Program-made: the position numbers and the translations under genes
Origin: Candidatus Dormiibacterota bacterium
GTDB lineage: Bacteria; Chloroflexota; Dormibacteria; Aeolococcales; Aeolococcaceae
Assembly: GCA_003162415.1 (NCBI GenBank)
Contig: PMOL01000012.1
Location: 16,728-80,727, forward strand
Length of the DNA stretch: 64,000 nucleotides
Reading direction: 5' to 3'
The notes under the pieces: model-generated
Databases searched by the model: none
Told to the model about the DNA's origin: nothing
What the model saw: the letters and a program-made list of their open reading frames with translations, nothing else
Shown: positions 29,412 through 39,225 of the stretch, one piece after another
Position numbering within the stretch: position 1 is the stretch's first letter
Layout: every line of letters starts with the position of its first letter

Positions 29412-30416
29412 ATGACTCGAACTGAAACCAAGGCGCGCGCCGGCCTCGACGCAGAGACGCTCCGGCTCATGTACCGGCACATGCTGAGATCGCGTCTGCT
29501 GGACGAGCGGCTCTGGGTCCTGAATCGCCAGGGGCGCGCACCCTTCTGGATCTCCGCCGAGGGGCACGAGGCGGTTCAGGTCGCCTTTGGCATGAACCTC
29601 AAGCCCAAATACGACTGGGTGGCGCCGTATTACCGCGATCTGGCGCTGACCCTGGTGCTCGGCATGACTCCGAAGGATCACATCCTGTCGGTGCTGCAGC
29701 GCGCCGCGGATCCCAACAGCGGCGGCCGCCAGATGCCGGCACACTATGGGTGCAGGCGTCTCAACATCATCACCACGGGGTCGCCGGTCGGTACGCAGCT
29801 GCTGCACGCGACGGGGATCGCCCTGGCGTCGCGCATGCGTGGCGAGGACGCGGTGACCCTGACGTCGATCGGCGAGGGTGGCACCAGCGAGGGCGACTTT
29901 CACGAGGCCATGAACTTCGCCGCGATCCACAAGCTCGCGGTGATCTTCCTGGTCGAGAACAACGGTTTCGCCATCAGCGTGCCGTGGCAGAAGCAGATGC
30001 CGACGCAGGATGTCGCGGACCGAGCCAAGGGATACGGCATCCCCGGTGTGATTGTCGATGGGTGCGACGCCATCGCCTGCTATCGGACGGCGCGCGAGGC
30101 GGTCAAGCGGGCGCGCCGCGGCGACGGGCCGACGCTCGTCGAAGCGAAGGTGCTGCGTCTGACCTCCCACAGCTCCGACGATGATCAACGTCGCTACCGC
30201 AACGCCGCGGACCTCGAGGCGGACAAGGAGCGCGACTCCCTGCATCGGTTCAAGGCGACGCTCGAGGAGCTCGGCGTCCTGCACCCGGGTGACGCCGAGG
30301 AGTTGCGCAGCGAGCTGGTGCTCGAGCTGGATCGAGCCACCGACGAGGCGGAGGTATCGCCCTTCCCGTCAGCCGACACGGCCATGCTCCACGTGTACTC
30401 CGAGACGGGGGACTGA
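29412..30416 (+). CDS. 2-oxoacid dehydrogenase E1 component, alpha subunit (TPP-dependent)
   Basis: Start set at ATG 29412. TPP motif GEGGTSEGDFHEAMNFAAIHKLAVIFLVENNGFAIS. Substrate (branched-chain, pyruvate or acetoin) not assignable by eye. Confidence 0.85.
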   Translation: MTRTETKARAGLDAETLRLMYRHMLRSRLLDERLWVLNRQGRAPFWISAEGHEAVQVAFGMNLKPKYDWVAPYYRDLALTLVLGMTPKDHILSVLQRAADPNSGGRQMPAHYGCRRLNIITTGSPVGTQLLHATGIALASRMRGEDAVTLTSIGEGGTSEGDFHEAMNFAAIHKLAVIFLVENNGFAISVPWQKQMPTQDVADRAKGYGIPGVIVDGCDAIACYRTAREAVKRARRGDGPTLVEAKVLRLTSHSSDDDQRRYRNAADLEADKERDSLHRFKATLEELGVLHPGDAEELRSELVLELDRATDEAEVSPFPSADTAMLHVYSETGD

Positions 30417-30417
30417 C

Positions 30418-31401
30418 GTGCCTCAGAAGTCGTACATCGAAGCCATCCGCGACGGCATCCGCGAGGAGATGCGACGCGATGACCGGGTGATGATCCTCGG
30501 CGAGGATGTCGGTGCCAAGGGCGGCGTCTTCGGGGTCACCGAGGGCTTGCAGAAGGAGTTCGGCGAGTGGCGCGTGCTCGACAGCCCGCTCGCCGAGTCG
30601 TTGATCGTCGGAGTCGCGATCGGCGCCGCCATGAACGGCCTGCGCCCGATCGCGGAGATCCAGTTCCAGGACTTCATCATGCCGGCCGTCGACCAGATCA
30701 TCAGCGAGGCCGCGAAGATCCGTTACCGCAGCAACGGCGACTGGAACGTGCCGATGGTGCTGCGCTCTCCGTTCGGCGGGGGAGTGCACGGCGCGCTCTA
30801 CCACTCGCAGTCGATCGAGGCGATCTTCGCGCACATCCCCGGACTTCGCGTGGTCGTGCCGTCCAATCCCTACGACGCCAAGGGCATGATCGTCGCCGCG
30901 TTGCGCGACCCGGACCCGGTGCTGTACTTCGAACACAAGCGCTGCTATCGGGCGATCAAGGGCGAGGTCCCCGACGGCGAGTACACCGTGCCGCTCGACC
31001 GCGCGCGTGTGGTGCGCGAGGGCGAGGATATCGCCATATTCAGCTATGGCATGATGGTGCATGCGTCGCTCGAGGCTGGCGATCGCCTTGCTGCAGATGG
31101 GTTTTCCTGCGAGGTCGTCGACCTTCGTTCGCTCCGGCCGATGGACCGCACAGCCATCGTCGCAAGTGCGAGCAAGTGCGGCAAGGTCCTGATCGTGCAG
31201 GAGGCCAACCTCGCGGTGAGCGTCGCGTCGGAAGTGGCGGCGATCATCGCGGAAGACTGCTTCGACAGTCTCGATGCGCCGGTGATGCGTCTCGGCGGCC
31301 CGGAGATTCCGGCGATGCCGTTCTCGCCACCGCTCGAACAGTTCTACCTGGTGACTCCAGACAAGGTCGAGGCAAAGCTCCGCGAGCTGGCCGCGTACTG
31401 A
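30418..31401 (+). CDS. 2-oxoacid dehydrogenase E1 component, beta subunit
   Basis: GTG 30418, 1 nt after the alpha-subunit stop: VPQKSYIEAIRDGIREEMRRDDRVMILGEDVG..GGVFGVT..L...DSPLAES... The upstream 79 aa of tracked ORF 30181 are out-of-frame overlap. Confidence 0.9.
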   Translation: MPQKSYIEAIRDGIREEMRRDDRVMILGEDVGAKGGVFGVTEGLQKEFGEWRVLDSPLAESLIVGVAIGAAMNGLRPIAEIQFQDFIMPAVDQIISEAAKIRYRSNGDWNVPMVLRSPFGGGVHGALYHSQSIEAIFAHIPGLRVVVPSNPYDAKGMIVAALRDPDPVLYFEHKRCYRAIKGEVPDGEYTVPLDRARVVREGEDIAIFSYGMMVHASLEAGDRLAADGFSCEVVDLRSLRPMDRTAIVASASKCGKVLIVQEANLAVSVASEVAAIIAEDCFDSLDAPVMRLGGPEIPAMPFSPPLEQFYLVTPDKVEAKLRELAAY

Positions 31402-31428
31402 CCACACGAATACAAGGAATCTCGCGAA

Positions 31429-32913
31429 ATGGCCCTGACCGTCACGATGCCGCAGCTCGGTGAGAGTGTCACCGAAGGAACGATTGCGCGCTGGCTCAAG
31501 CAGCCCGGCGATGCGATCGCGAAATACGAGTCGATCGCCGAGGTGATCACCGACAAGGTGAACGCCGAGATTCCCGCGCCGGCCGACGGCGTGATGGCTG
31601 AGTTGATCGCACCCGAGGGCACGGTCGTCCCGGTGGGCCAGCCGATCTGTTCCATCGAGACAGCCGCAGGAGGCACGGACGCCGCTCCGCCGGCTCGGGT
31701 GCAGGAACCTGCCGCGGTGGCGGCGCCCGTGGAGCGCGCCGAGGCGACGCCCGATGCCACGCCCGATGCCGCGCCGGCGGTCTCTCCGGAGCAGCAGGCA
31801 GGAGCCGAGAGCGCGGTTGCCCCGATCCAGGATGCATTCACGGAAACGGCGGCTGATGCTCCGGCGGAGGCTCCGGCCACGCAGGAGGCAGCCGGCGGCA
31901 ACGGCCAGGCGGGTGGCTATCACGTGACCCCCGCCGTACGCATGCTGGTCCGCGAGCACGGCGTCGATCTGTCCCAGATCACCGGAAGCGGGATCGGGGG
32001 TCGGATCTCGAAGAAAGACGTTCTTGAGTACGTGCAGCGGCGGGACGCCGCAGGTGCCGGCTCGTCGGGTGCCGCACGCACGCCGGCCGGGGTCCCGGCT
32101 CCGGCGACTCCCCTGGCTATGGCGCCTCCGCCGGGACCCCAGCCGGCTTCGACCGCTTCGCCGGCGCCGGCACCTGCTGCATCCGCTGCTACGGCCTCCT
32201 TCACTGGGGCGGGGGAAGGGGAGACCGTTGTTCCGCTGACGCAGGTTCGCAAGGCCATCGCGGAGCACATGGTTCGGAGCAAGCAGACGTCGCCGCATGC
32301 GTACGTGATGGTTGAGGTCGACATGTCGGCGGTGTGGCGGATCCGCGATCGCGAGAAGGCGGCGTTCGAGGCTCGGCACGGTGTCAAGTTGACCTTCCTG
32401 CCGTTTGTGGCACGGGCGGTTGTCGAGGCTCTGCAGCGGCATGCCACGCTCAACGCGTCGTGGAGCGATGCGGGAGTCGTGGTCAAGAGGGCGATCAATC
32501 TCGGCATCGCGGTGGCGCTCGAGGACAACCTCATCGTTCCGGTGGTGCGCGATGCGGATCGTCTGAGCATCACCGGGCTCGCGACCACGATGGCCGACCT
32601 GGGGGCGCGGGCGCGCAGCAACCACCTCAAGCTCGACGAGATCCAGGGTGGTACCTTCACGCTCAACAACACCGGCGCGCTCGGTGCGGTGATGACTCAG
32701 GCGATCATCAATCAGCCGCAGGCGGCGATCATGACCATGGACCTGGTGGTGAAGCGACCGGTGGTCGTCGGCGATGCGATCGCGATCCGGCCGATCATGA
32801 ACCTGGGCCTTTCGTTCGACCATCGCATCAACGACGGGCTCCAGGCGACCCGTTTTGTCACGTCCGTCCAGAAGCTTCTTGAAGGATTGGACCCATCCGC
32901 GACCCTCGTTTAG
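31429..32913 (+). CDS. Dihydrolipoamide acyltransferase (E2)
   Basis: Lipoyl domain (EVITDKVNAEIPAP), A/P-rich linkers, subunit-binding domain (TPAVRMLVREHGVDLSQI), catalytic SFDHRINDG. Confidence 0.9.
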   Translation: MALTVTMPQLGESVTEGTIARWLKQPGDAIAKYESIAEVITDKVNAEIPAPADGVMAELIAPEGTVVPVGQPICSIETAAGGTDAAPPARVQEPAAVAAPVERAEATPDATPDAAPAVSPEQQAGAESAVAPIQDAFTETAADAPAEAPATQEAAGGNGQAGGYHVTPAVRMLVREHGVDLSQITGSGIGGRISKKDVLEYVQRRDAAGAGSSGAARTPAGVPAPATPLAMAPPPGPQPASTASPAPAPAASAATASFTGAGEGETVVPLTQVRKAIAEHMVRSKQTSPHAYVMVEVDMSAVWRIRDREKAAFEARHGVKLTFLPFVARAVVEALQRHATLNASWSDAGVVVKRAINLGIAVALEDNLIVPVVRDADRLSITGLATTMADLGARARSNHLKLDEIQGGTFTLNNTGALGAVMTQAIINQPQAAIMTMDLVVKRPVVVGDAIAIRPIMNLGLSFDHRINDGLQATRFVTSVQKLLEGLDPSATLV

Positions 32914-32941
32914 CCCGTCCTGGCTATCATCAGGAGGAACG

Positions 32942-33160
32942 ATGATCGAGCAAGGCGCTTTCGATGCATGGGGGCTCCGGACGCCACCGGCCTGGGCGCA
33001 GCGCGCTCTCCGCAAGGGCATCATCGACGAGAGCCGGTTTCACGCGCTGATCCGGGTCGCGTCCGAGGACCCGGCCGTCGCGCGCCGGACGCCTCGCCAC
33101 CCGGGATGCTGCTCCTGCAGGCGCCGGCCCACCCGGTCCTGCACGCGCTGGCGGGCGTAG
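32942..33160 (+). CDS. Possible small ORF (72 aa), doubtful
   Basis: ATG 32942 four nt after a perfect AGGAGG (32932-32937): MIEQGAFDAWGLRTPPAWAQRALRKGIIDESRFHALIRV... The C-terminal half is Arg/Cys-rich and looks non-coding. Confidence 0.25.
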   Translation: MIEQGAFDAWGLRTPPAWAQRALRKGIIDESRFHALIRVASEDPAVARRTPRHPGCCSCRRRPTRSCTRWRA

Positions 33161-33224
33161 CGGCCGCTTCGAACGCGCTCCGCCGGCCGGGCGTACAGGT
33201 GCCGGGTGGACCGGATTTCCGGGA

Positions 33225-33716
33225 TCAGCTGAGGGAGATCGCGATCTCCTCGAGGTCGTCGAGAGCTTCCTGGAGTCCGCCTTCCATTCCCGACGCGATG
33301 ACCATGTCGCGGATCTCGCTGCTCGGGTACTGCGTCAGAACGGCGAGCGTCGTCCGGCCGTTCTCCTGGGTGAATGAGACCGTCGTCACGGCCGCACCGG
33401 AACCCGGCATTCCCTCGAAGATGTCCGTCGAGACGATGCGCTCGTCAGGGACGACCTCACTGAATTCGCCGTGGAAGGCCACCTCGAATCCGGCGTTCGT
33501 GTTCATGGCGTAGCGCCACCTGCCGCCCACCCGCAGGTCGACCTCCGCGCTGGTGGCAATGCCGTGGTCGCCTGCCCACCAGCGCTTGATGAGCTCGGGG
33601 GTGGTCCAGGCCCGATAGACCAGGTGCTTGGGTGCGTTGAACTCACGCGTGGTCAGGATCTGCGTATCGGATGGAAGCGTCACCACCGCAGTCCCACTAG
33701 TCGCCGTCGCTGCCAT
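33225..33716 (-). CDS. SRPBCC/Aha1-domain (activator of Hsp90 ATPase homolog 1-like) protein
   Basis: ...REFNAPKHLVYRAWTTPELIKRWW...GGRWRY....FHGEFSEVVPDERIV.T; typical partner of an ArsR regulator. Confidence 0.8.
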   Translation of the reverse strand: MAATATSGTAVVTLPSDTQILTTREFNAPKHLVYRAWTTPELIKRWWAGDHGIATSAEVDLRVGGRWRYAMNTNAGFEVAFHGEFSEVVPDERIVSTDIFEGMPGSGAAVTTVSFTQENGRTTLAVLTQYPSSEIRDMVIASGMEGGLQEALDDLEEIAISLS

Positions 33717-33717
33717 G

Positions 33718-34077
33718 TCAGTCCTCCTTTTTCTTGAACTCTTGGTCCTTCAACTCTTCCAGCACATCGTCCAGACGCTCGAATCGACGCGACCAGGACG
33801 CCTCGTAGGCCTTCACCCAGTCATGGATCGGCTTCAGGTGCCGCCCGTTGAGGCAGTACACCCGTTGCCGGCCCACGTCGCGCACGTCGACAAGGCCCAC
33901 CTCTCGGAGCACTCGCAGGTGCTTGGAGACGAGCGGTTGGGGCAGGCCGAGCACGGCCACGAGGTCGTTGACGGGGCGCTCGCCCGCGGACAACAGATCG
34001 AGGATCTGCCGCCGCCGGGGTTCGGCCACCGCGTTGAAGGCGTCCGTCGTGGTTGCTGCCCGAGCCATGGCGGCCAT
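33718..34077 (-). CDS. ArsR/SmtB-family transcriptional regulator
   Basis: Start set at ATG 34077: ...FNAVAEPRRRQILDLLSAGERPVNDLVAVLGLPQPLVSKHLRVLREVGLV... The tracked 292-aa ORF has an artefactual extension. Confidence 0.85.
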   Translation of the reverse strand: MAAMARAATTTDAFNAVAEPRRRQILDLLSAGERPVNDLVAVLGLPQPLVSKHLRVLREVGLVDVRDVGRQRVYCLNGRHLKPIHDWVKAYEASWSRRFERLDDVLEELKDQEFKKKED

Positions 34078-34078
34078 T

Positions 34079-34098
34079 ATATGCCGATATCGGCATAT
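34079..34098. promoter_or_regulatory. Perfect 20-bp palindrome, candidate ArsR operator
   Basis: ATATGCCGAT|ATCGGCATAT begins 2 nt upstream of the ArsR ATG, in the 80-bp gap after the P5CDH stop. Confidence 0.5.
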
Positions 34099-34157
34099 GT
34101 CAAACCAAGCAGCAGGGACGGTGGAAGGGGTGGACTTAGGAAATGCGGCGCGCGGGC

Positions 34158-35780
34158 TCAGTCGGGATCCTGGTGCGGGTAGCGCCAGTCGGTCGGAGGC
34201 ACGAACGTCTCCTTGATGACCCGGGGGGACACCCAGCGAAGCATGTTCAGCGCCGACCCGGCCTTGTCGTTGGTCCCGCTCATCCTGGCGCCGCCAAAGG
34301 GCTGCTGACCCACGACCGCGCCGGTCGGTTTGTCGTTGACGTAGAAGTTGCCGGCGGCGTAGCGAAGGTGCTCCGACGCCTCGTCGATGGCGGCCCGGTC
34401 GTTCGCGAACACGGCGCCGGTCAGCGCGTAGGGCGAGGTGGTGTCGACCAGATCGAGGACTGACGGCCAGTCCGAATCGGCGTACGGGAACACCGTGAGG
34501 ATCGGACCGAAGAGCTCGCGCTGCATCAGGTCGTGACGCGGATTCGAGGTCGCGAGGATCGTGGGATGGACGAACCAGCCGACCTCGGCGTCGCACTCGC
34601 CGCCCGCGACCAGGGTGAGCTCCGGATCCGTTCGTGCCGCGGCGAGGACCGCCTCGTGCTTGCGGAAGCTCGCCTCATCGATCACCGCGCCCATGAAGGT
34701 GCTGAACTCCGCCGGGTCACCGACCGGGATCGCCTCGGTGGCGGCGGCCAGCGGATCACGCAGCCGGTCCCAGACCGAGCGGGGGATGTAGGCACGCGAT
34801 GAGGCGGAGCACTTCTGCCCCTGGTACTCGAAGGATCCGCGGAGCAGCCCGACGAGCAGCGCGTCGGCGGACGCTGACGCGTGTGCGAGCACGAAGTCCT
34901 TGCCACCGGTCTCGCCGACCAGTCGCGGGTATGTCTTGTAGGTGCCGAGGTTGGCCGCGACTGTGTTCCACAGATGCTGAAAGGTGTCGGTCGACCCGGT
35001 GAAGTGGATGCCGGCAAGCGACGGGTGCTTGACCGCGACCTCCGAGACGGCGGCGCCGGGAGCTGCGATCATGTTGATGACGCCCGGCGGCAGACCTGCT
35101 GCCTCGAGGATCTCCATGATCACCTGCGCGGCGAGCAGCGCCGTGGTCGCCGGCTTCCAGACCACCGTGTTGCCCACGATTGCGGGAGCGACCGCCAGAT
35201 TCCCCCCGATCGAGGTGAAGTTGAAGGGGCTGATTGCGAGCACGAAGCCCTCGAGCGGCCGGTGATCCATGCGGTTCCAGATGCCCGGGGATGACACCGG
35301 CTGGTTGTCCTGAAGGTCACGGCCGTAATGCACGTTCCAGCGCCAGAAATCGATCAGCTCGCAGGCGGCGTCGATCTCTGCCTGATGGATGCTCTTGCTC
35401 TGCCCCAGGATCGTCGCGGCATTGAGACGGTCACGGAAGGGGCCGCTCAGGAGGTCGGCGGCGCGGAGGAACACGGAGGCGCGCGTCTCCCAGGGCGCGG
35501 TCGACCAGTCGTGGTGGGCGGCGAGCGCCGCGTCGACGGCCGCCCGGACGTCGTCGGTGGTCGCGGTCGCCGCCTCCACCATCGTCAGGGAGTGGCGGTG
35601 TGGAGCGGTGACCGAGATCCGTTCGCCATGGCCGTCGAAGGTGCGCCCCCCGATATGAAGCGGAACCCGGTGTGGCGCAGCTGCCTGCATGTCGTGGATG
35701 ACGGCGCGGAGGCGGGCTCGCTCGGGTGTCCCCGGAGCGTACAGGCGGACAGTCTCGTTGATCGGGGGCTGAGAACTCAT
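34158..35780 (-). CDS. pruA: L-glutamate gamma-semialdehyde (delta-1-pyrroline-5-carboxylate) dehydrogenase
   Basis: 540-aa aldehyde dehydrogenase: ...FNFTSIGGNL..., ETGGKDF, catalytic FEYQGQKCSASSR. Confidence 0.88.
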   Translation of the reverse strand: MSSQPPINETVRLYAPGTPERARLRAVIHDMQAAAPHRVPLHIGGRTFDGHGERISVTAPHRHSLTMVEAATATTDDVRAAVDAALAAHHDWSTAPWETRASVFLRAADLLSGPFRDRLNAATILGQSKSIHQAEIDAACELIDFWRWNVHYGRDLQDNQPVSSPGIWNRMDHRPLEGFVLAISPFNFTSIGGNLAVAPAIVGNTVVWKPATTALLAAQVIMEILEAAGLPPGVINMIAAPGAAVSEVAVKHPSLAGIHFTGSTDTFQHLWNTVAANLGTYKTYPRLVGETGGKDFVLAHASASADALLVGLLRGSFEYQGQKCSASSRAYIPRSVWDRLRDPLAAATEAIPVGDPAEFSTFMGAVIDEASFRKHEAVLAAARTDPELTLVAGGECDAEVGWFVHPTILATSNPRHDLMQRELFGPILTVFPYADSDWPSVLDLVDTTSPYALTGAVFANDRAAIDEASEHLRYAAGNFYVNDKPTGAVVGQQPFGGARMSGTNDKAGSALNMLRWVSPRVIKETFVPPTDWRYPHQDPD

Positions 35781-35824
35781 CGCGGCGATTGTGGCGCAGC
35801 GAGTGTGTAGAGTGAGAGAGCGCC

Positions 35825-36763
35825 ATGGACCAGATCCGCTTGCGTCCCGTTCCCGTGGCCGATCCTCGACCGCTGCATCAGCGGCTCCTCCCCGAGGGCG
35901 TCGATCGGCGGCCTGAGTGGCTCACCGTCAAGCTCCCAGCCGGGGATGGGTACTCGCAGATCAAGGGGATCATGCGAGGCCAGAACCTCAACACCGTCTG
36001 CGAGGAGGCTCGGTGCCCGAACATCGCCGAATGCTGGGGCCATGGGACCGCGACCTTCATGATCCTTGGCGACGTCTGCACCCGCGCCTGTGCCTTCTGC
36101 GCGGTGAAGAGCGGCAAGCGCGGCGGGGACATCGACTGGGATGAGCCGCGCCGGGTGGGCGAGGCGGTCAGGTCGATGGGGCTGCGTCATGCGGTGGTCA
36201 CCTCAGTCGATCGTGACGACCTCGCCGACGGGGGCGCCGGTGTATTCGCGGCGACGATACGCTCGATCCGGGCGCTGTCGTCCGGGACAACCATCGAGGT
36301 GCTCACACCTGATTTCCAGGGCGACCATGGAGCGCTGCGCACGGTCATGGACGAGGTTCCCGAGATCTTCAACCACAACGTCGAGACCGTCGGCCGCCTT
36401 TATCGACGGGTCCGGCCGAAGTCGGAGCTCGAGCGCAGCCTCGAGCTGCTCCGCGTGGCCAAGCGCATCGAGCCGCAGAGCCGAACCAAGTCAGGTCTCA
36501 TGGTCGGGCTCGGCGAGGAGATGCATGAGGTCAAGGAGCTCCTCGACCAGATGCGCGCCCACGACATCGAGATCATCACCATCGGCCAGTACCTGCGCCC
36601 GTCGCTCAAGCATCACCCCCTGATCCGCTACTGGCATCCCGACGAGTTCGCTGAGATGAAGGCATACGGCAAGTCGCTGGGGTTCAAGCACGTCGAATCG
36701 GGGCCGCTGGTGCGTTCCAGCTACCACGCCCACGAGCAGGCGGTCGCTGCCCACGCCGGGTGA
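35825..36763 (+). CDS. lipA: Lipoyl synthase
   Basis: [13 protein letters not shown] and radical-SAM CTRACAFC clusters; ...MVGLGE...SSYHA. Confidence 0.95.
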   Translation: MDQIRLRPVPVADPRPLHQRLLPEGVDRRPEWLTVKLPAGDGYSQIKGIMRGQNLNTVCEEARCPNIAECWGHGTATFMILGDVCTRACAFCAVKSGKRGGDIDWDEPRRVGEAVRSMGLRHAVVTSVDRDDLADGGAGVFAATIRSIRALSSGTTIEVLTPDFQGDHGALRTVMDEVPEIFNHNVETVGRLYRRVRPKSELERSLELLRVAKRIEPQSRTKSGLMVGLGEEMHEVKELLDQMRAHDIEIITIGQYLRPSLKHHPLIRYWHPDEFAEMKAYGKSLGFKHVESGPLVRSSYHAHEQAVAAHAG

Positions 36764-36770
36764 GCGAACC

Positions 36771-37505
36771 ATGAGCGTGCCGGTACTCCGCTGGGCCTGG
36801 CTGGGTACCGTCAGCTACGGCGACGCCTGGGCCCTGCAGCGCCAGGTCGCGCTGGCGCGCCGCTCGGGTGGCCTGGACGACGACGCCGTGCTCCTGCTCG
36901 AGCATCCGCCCGTCTACACCATGGGCCGCCAGGGCGAGGCGCGTCATCTCGGCGCCGGGCCGGATGCGCTCCGGGGCGCCGGCGCCGAATTCCTCGAGGT
37001 CGATCGCGGCGGGTCGGTTACTTTCCATGGGCCTGGCCAGCTGGTCGCCTATCCGATCGTCCGTCTGGCCGGCATCTTCCCGATCCCCGGGCATACGGCC
37101 CACGGCGACGTCGACCGCTATCTGCGCGCCCTCGAGGCCGGCCTCATCGCCACGGCTGCAACCTACAGCGTCGACGTCACCCGGCGTTCACCGTTCACCG
37201 GCGTCTGGTCCGGCCAGCGCAAGCTCGGCGCAATCGGCGTGAAGCTTGCCGCTGGGGTCACCACCCATGGTGTCGCGCTCAACGTGGCGACCGACCTCAG
37301 CTGGTTCGACCGGATCACACCCTGCGGCATTGATGGTGCCGGGGTGGCTTCGCTCGAGACCCTCGGAGCCAGGGATCACACCCCGGCGGAGGTGGCGCCG
37401 GTGCTCGCCGCCGCCCTCGCCTCGGCTTTCGGCTGCCGTCTCGAAACTGCCGGGCCGCTGGCTGCGCTGGTGCGCCCTGCGGCGCGCGAGGCGACAGCCG
37501 CCTGA
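36771..37505 (+). CDS. lipB: Octanoyltransferase LipB
   Basis: ...RGGSVTFHGPGQLVAYP...RKLGAIGVK...ITPCG... Confidence 0.9.
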   Translation: MSVPVLRWAWLGTVSYGDAWALQRQVALARRSGGLDDDAVLLLEHPPVYTMGRQGEARHLGAGPDALRGAGAEFLEVDRGGSVTFHGPGQLVAYPIVRLAGIFPIPGHTAHGDVDRYLRALEAGLIATAATYSVDVTRRSPFTGVWSGQRKLGAIGVKLAAGVTTHGVALNVATDLSWFDRITPCGIDGAGVASLETLGARDHTPAEVAPVLAAALASAFGCRLETAGPLAALVRPAAREATAA

Positions 37506-37644
37506 GGATCGCCGCCTCGGCGGCGAACCCGACTGGACAGGCTCTCGGCTAATTCTCAGCGTCGTCTCCGCGCGCTCTCAGGGCGCGAATCCGGGGTTCT
37601 GGTTGGATGAATCCCATCCCCCGGACACACCAAGGAGACACCAG

Positions 37645-37944
37645 ATGACCCACGTCACGGCGCTCAGGAACAGCGTCCTGTGTGGCCTCGCCGTCGTGGC
37701 GGTCGCAGGATGCGGCGCCGCACGGCTCACCACCAACACCGGCACCGGCCCCGCCGTGCCGAGCGCCATCGCCCCCGTGACCGGGACCGCAGCACCGCCC
37801 GCCGCGACGTCGACCACGACGCCGGACACGAGCGGCATCAACCAGCAGATCAGTGGCATCAACAGCCAGCTCAGCACCATCAATGGGCAGCTCAACGCGG
37901 CCGGGGCGGGGCTGAGCACGAGTGAAGGAGACCCATCCCAGTGA
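37645..37944 (+). CDS. Small lipoprotein with C-terminal GINxQ(I/L)S repeats
   Basis: ATG 37645 after AAGGAGA. Lipobox LAVVAVAGC, P/T/A linker, then SGINQQISGINSQLSTINGQLN. The upstream part of tracked ORF 37246 overlaps lipB. Confidence 0.6.
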   Translation: MTHVTALRNSVLCGLAVVAVAGCGAARLTTNTGTGPAVPSAIAPVTGTAAPPAATSTTTPDTSGINQQISGINSQLSTINGQLNAAGAGLSTSEGDPSQ

Positions 37945-38684
37945 ACGCTCGAGTCGTTGCATGTGGCATCGCCACGCTGACCGTGACCGCCGGCTTCGGG
38001 CTCGCGGGCTCGATCGCGGTGGACGCAGCCGGCACGCCCACGCCGTCACCAACCGCAACCCCGATCACGGTGCCGAACACCGCGGCGCTGGCGACGCTCA
38101 AAGAGCATTGCAACGTCGCGGTGCAACGCCGTCTCGCCACGCTCGCCGCCGACAACACGTTCGTCAAAGACTCGCTGGCAGTGAGCACCACAGACCGGGC
38201 AACGCTCGAAGGGCAGATCAGCGCTGATGAGACAGGCCTCGCCGCGCTCGACAAGACCATCCAGGGCGACACGAGCTATCACCAGACATGGACTGACTGC
38301 CAGACCATCGTCACCGGGTATCGCGCGTATGTCCTCGAGGATCCCAAGATCCACGAGGTCATCGCTGCCGACGGTGTCACCAAGGTCGACGCGACCTTTG
38401 CAACGCTGATCCCCGAGCTGCAGTCGTTGATAGACACCTCACCGGTCTCGGCGACTGTCAAAGCTCAGGCGCAGGCGGATCTCGACGATCTGACCAGCAA
38501 GGTCGACGCATCGCACACGTCGATCTCCGGCGTCTCCACTTCGGTGATCGACCTCATGCCGCCAGGCTGGCCAGGCAATCAGGTCGACCTGAAGAGCGCG
38601 CAACAGAACATCAAGACCGCGCACTCCGATCTCGATGGGGCGGCGGCTGACGCCAACCAGATCATCAAGTTGCTCGGCGCATAA
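37941..38684 (+). CDS. Secreted helical protein, unknown function
   Basis: GTG start overlaps the preceding stop (coupled). Signal peptide VNARVVACGIATLTVTAGFGLAGS..., P/T linker, ~200 aa predicted helical. No family recognised. Confidence 0.6.
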   Translation: MNARVVACGIATLTVTAGFGLAGSIAVDAAGTPTPSPTATPITVPNTAALATLKEHCNVAVQRRLATLAADNTFVKDSLAVSTTDRATLEGQISADETGLAALDKTIQGDTSYHQTWTDCQTIVTGYRAYVLEDPKIHEVIAADGVTKVDATFATLIPELQSLIDTSPVSATVKAQAQADLDDLTSKVDASHTSISGVSTSVIDLMPPGWPGNQVDLKSAQQNIKTAHSDLDGAAADANQIIKLLGA

Positions 38685-38707
38685 CACCCATCTCCCCTCA
38701 AGCCGTG

Positions 38708-38734
38708 AGGGCGGCTCCAGTGCGGGGCCGCCCT
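38708..38734 (+). terminator. GC-rich hairpin after the secreted-protein gene
   Basis: AGGGCGGC-N11-GCCGCCCT (8-bp stem) 24 nt after the stop. No U-tract, as is common in high-GC genomes. Confidence 0.3.
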
Positions 38735-38876
38735 TGCGGTCGTCGAACAAACGTTCCACTATGCAAATCGCAAACAAATCGGTAGGATCGCGACCACAGG
38801 ACGTCCATCTGTTCGGTCCGACTCACCCTACGTCACATCAAACCCCCGAACCCGGTGGACGCCCCGGGGGAGCGTC

Positions 38877-39209
38877 ATGGCCACCTTCGTCCGAAACCGC
38901 GTCCTCAATCAAATGGTGTGGTCAGCAGAAGAAGAGCGTCAGCGTGTTCAGCGGCGCGAGACGCTCTGCGAGCTCGACGGGCTGCTCACTCAGCTGGAAG
39001 AGGTAAATCTTCGTGGTGGGCCGATCCCCACGCGGGTCCTCGTCGCGCTCCGGCGGCGCGGCGTCTCGTTCCGGCCGCGGACCTGCGCTGCCGAGCTCAT
39101 CGAAGCGGTATTCGTTGTGCAGGAACGCTTCATGCGCCAGCCCGACGGAGTGCATCGCGACATGGCGTCGACAACGGCCGGCGAACTGAGCAGACGCCTC
39201 GCGTCCTGA
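38877..39209 (+). CDS. Hypothetical protein (110 aa)
   Basis: ORF with plausible composition: MATFVRNRVLNQMVWSAEEERQRVQRRETLCELDGLL... No family recognised. Confidence 0.4.
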   Translation: MATFVRNRVLNQMVWSAEEERQRVQRRETLCELDGLLTQLEEVNLRGGPIPTRVLVALRRRGVSFRPRTCAAELIEAVFVVQERFMRQPDGVHRDMASTTAGELSRRLAS

Positions 39210-39225
39210 CAGCTACGCTGATCGG

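Noticed and set aside
30250-33024. 924-aa reverse-strand ORF
   Set aside because: It is antisense to the E1beta/E2 genes and extremely Arg-rich and low complexity. This is a GC-driven stop-codon-free artefact.
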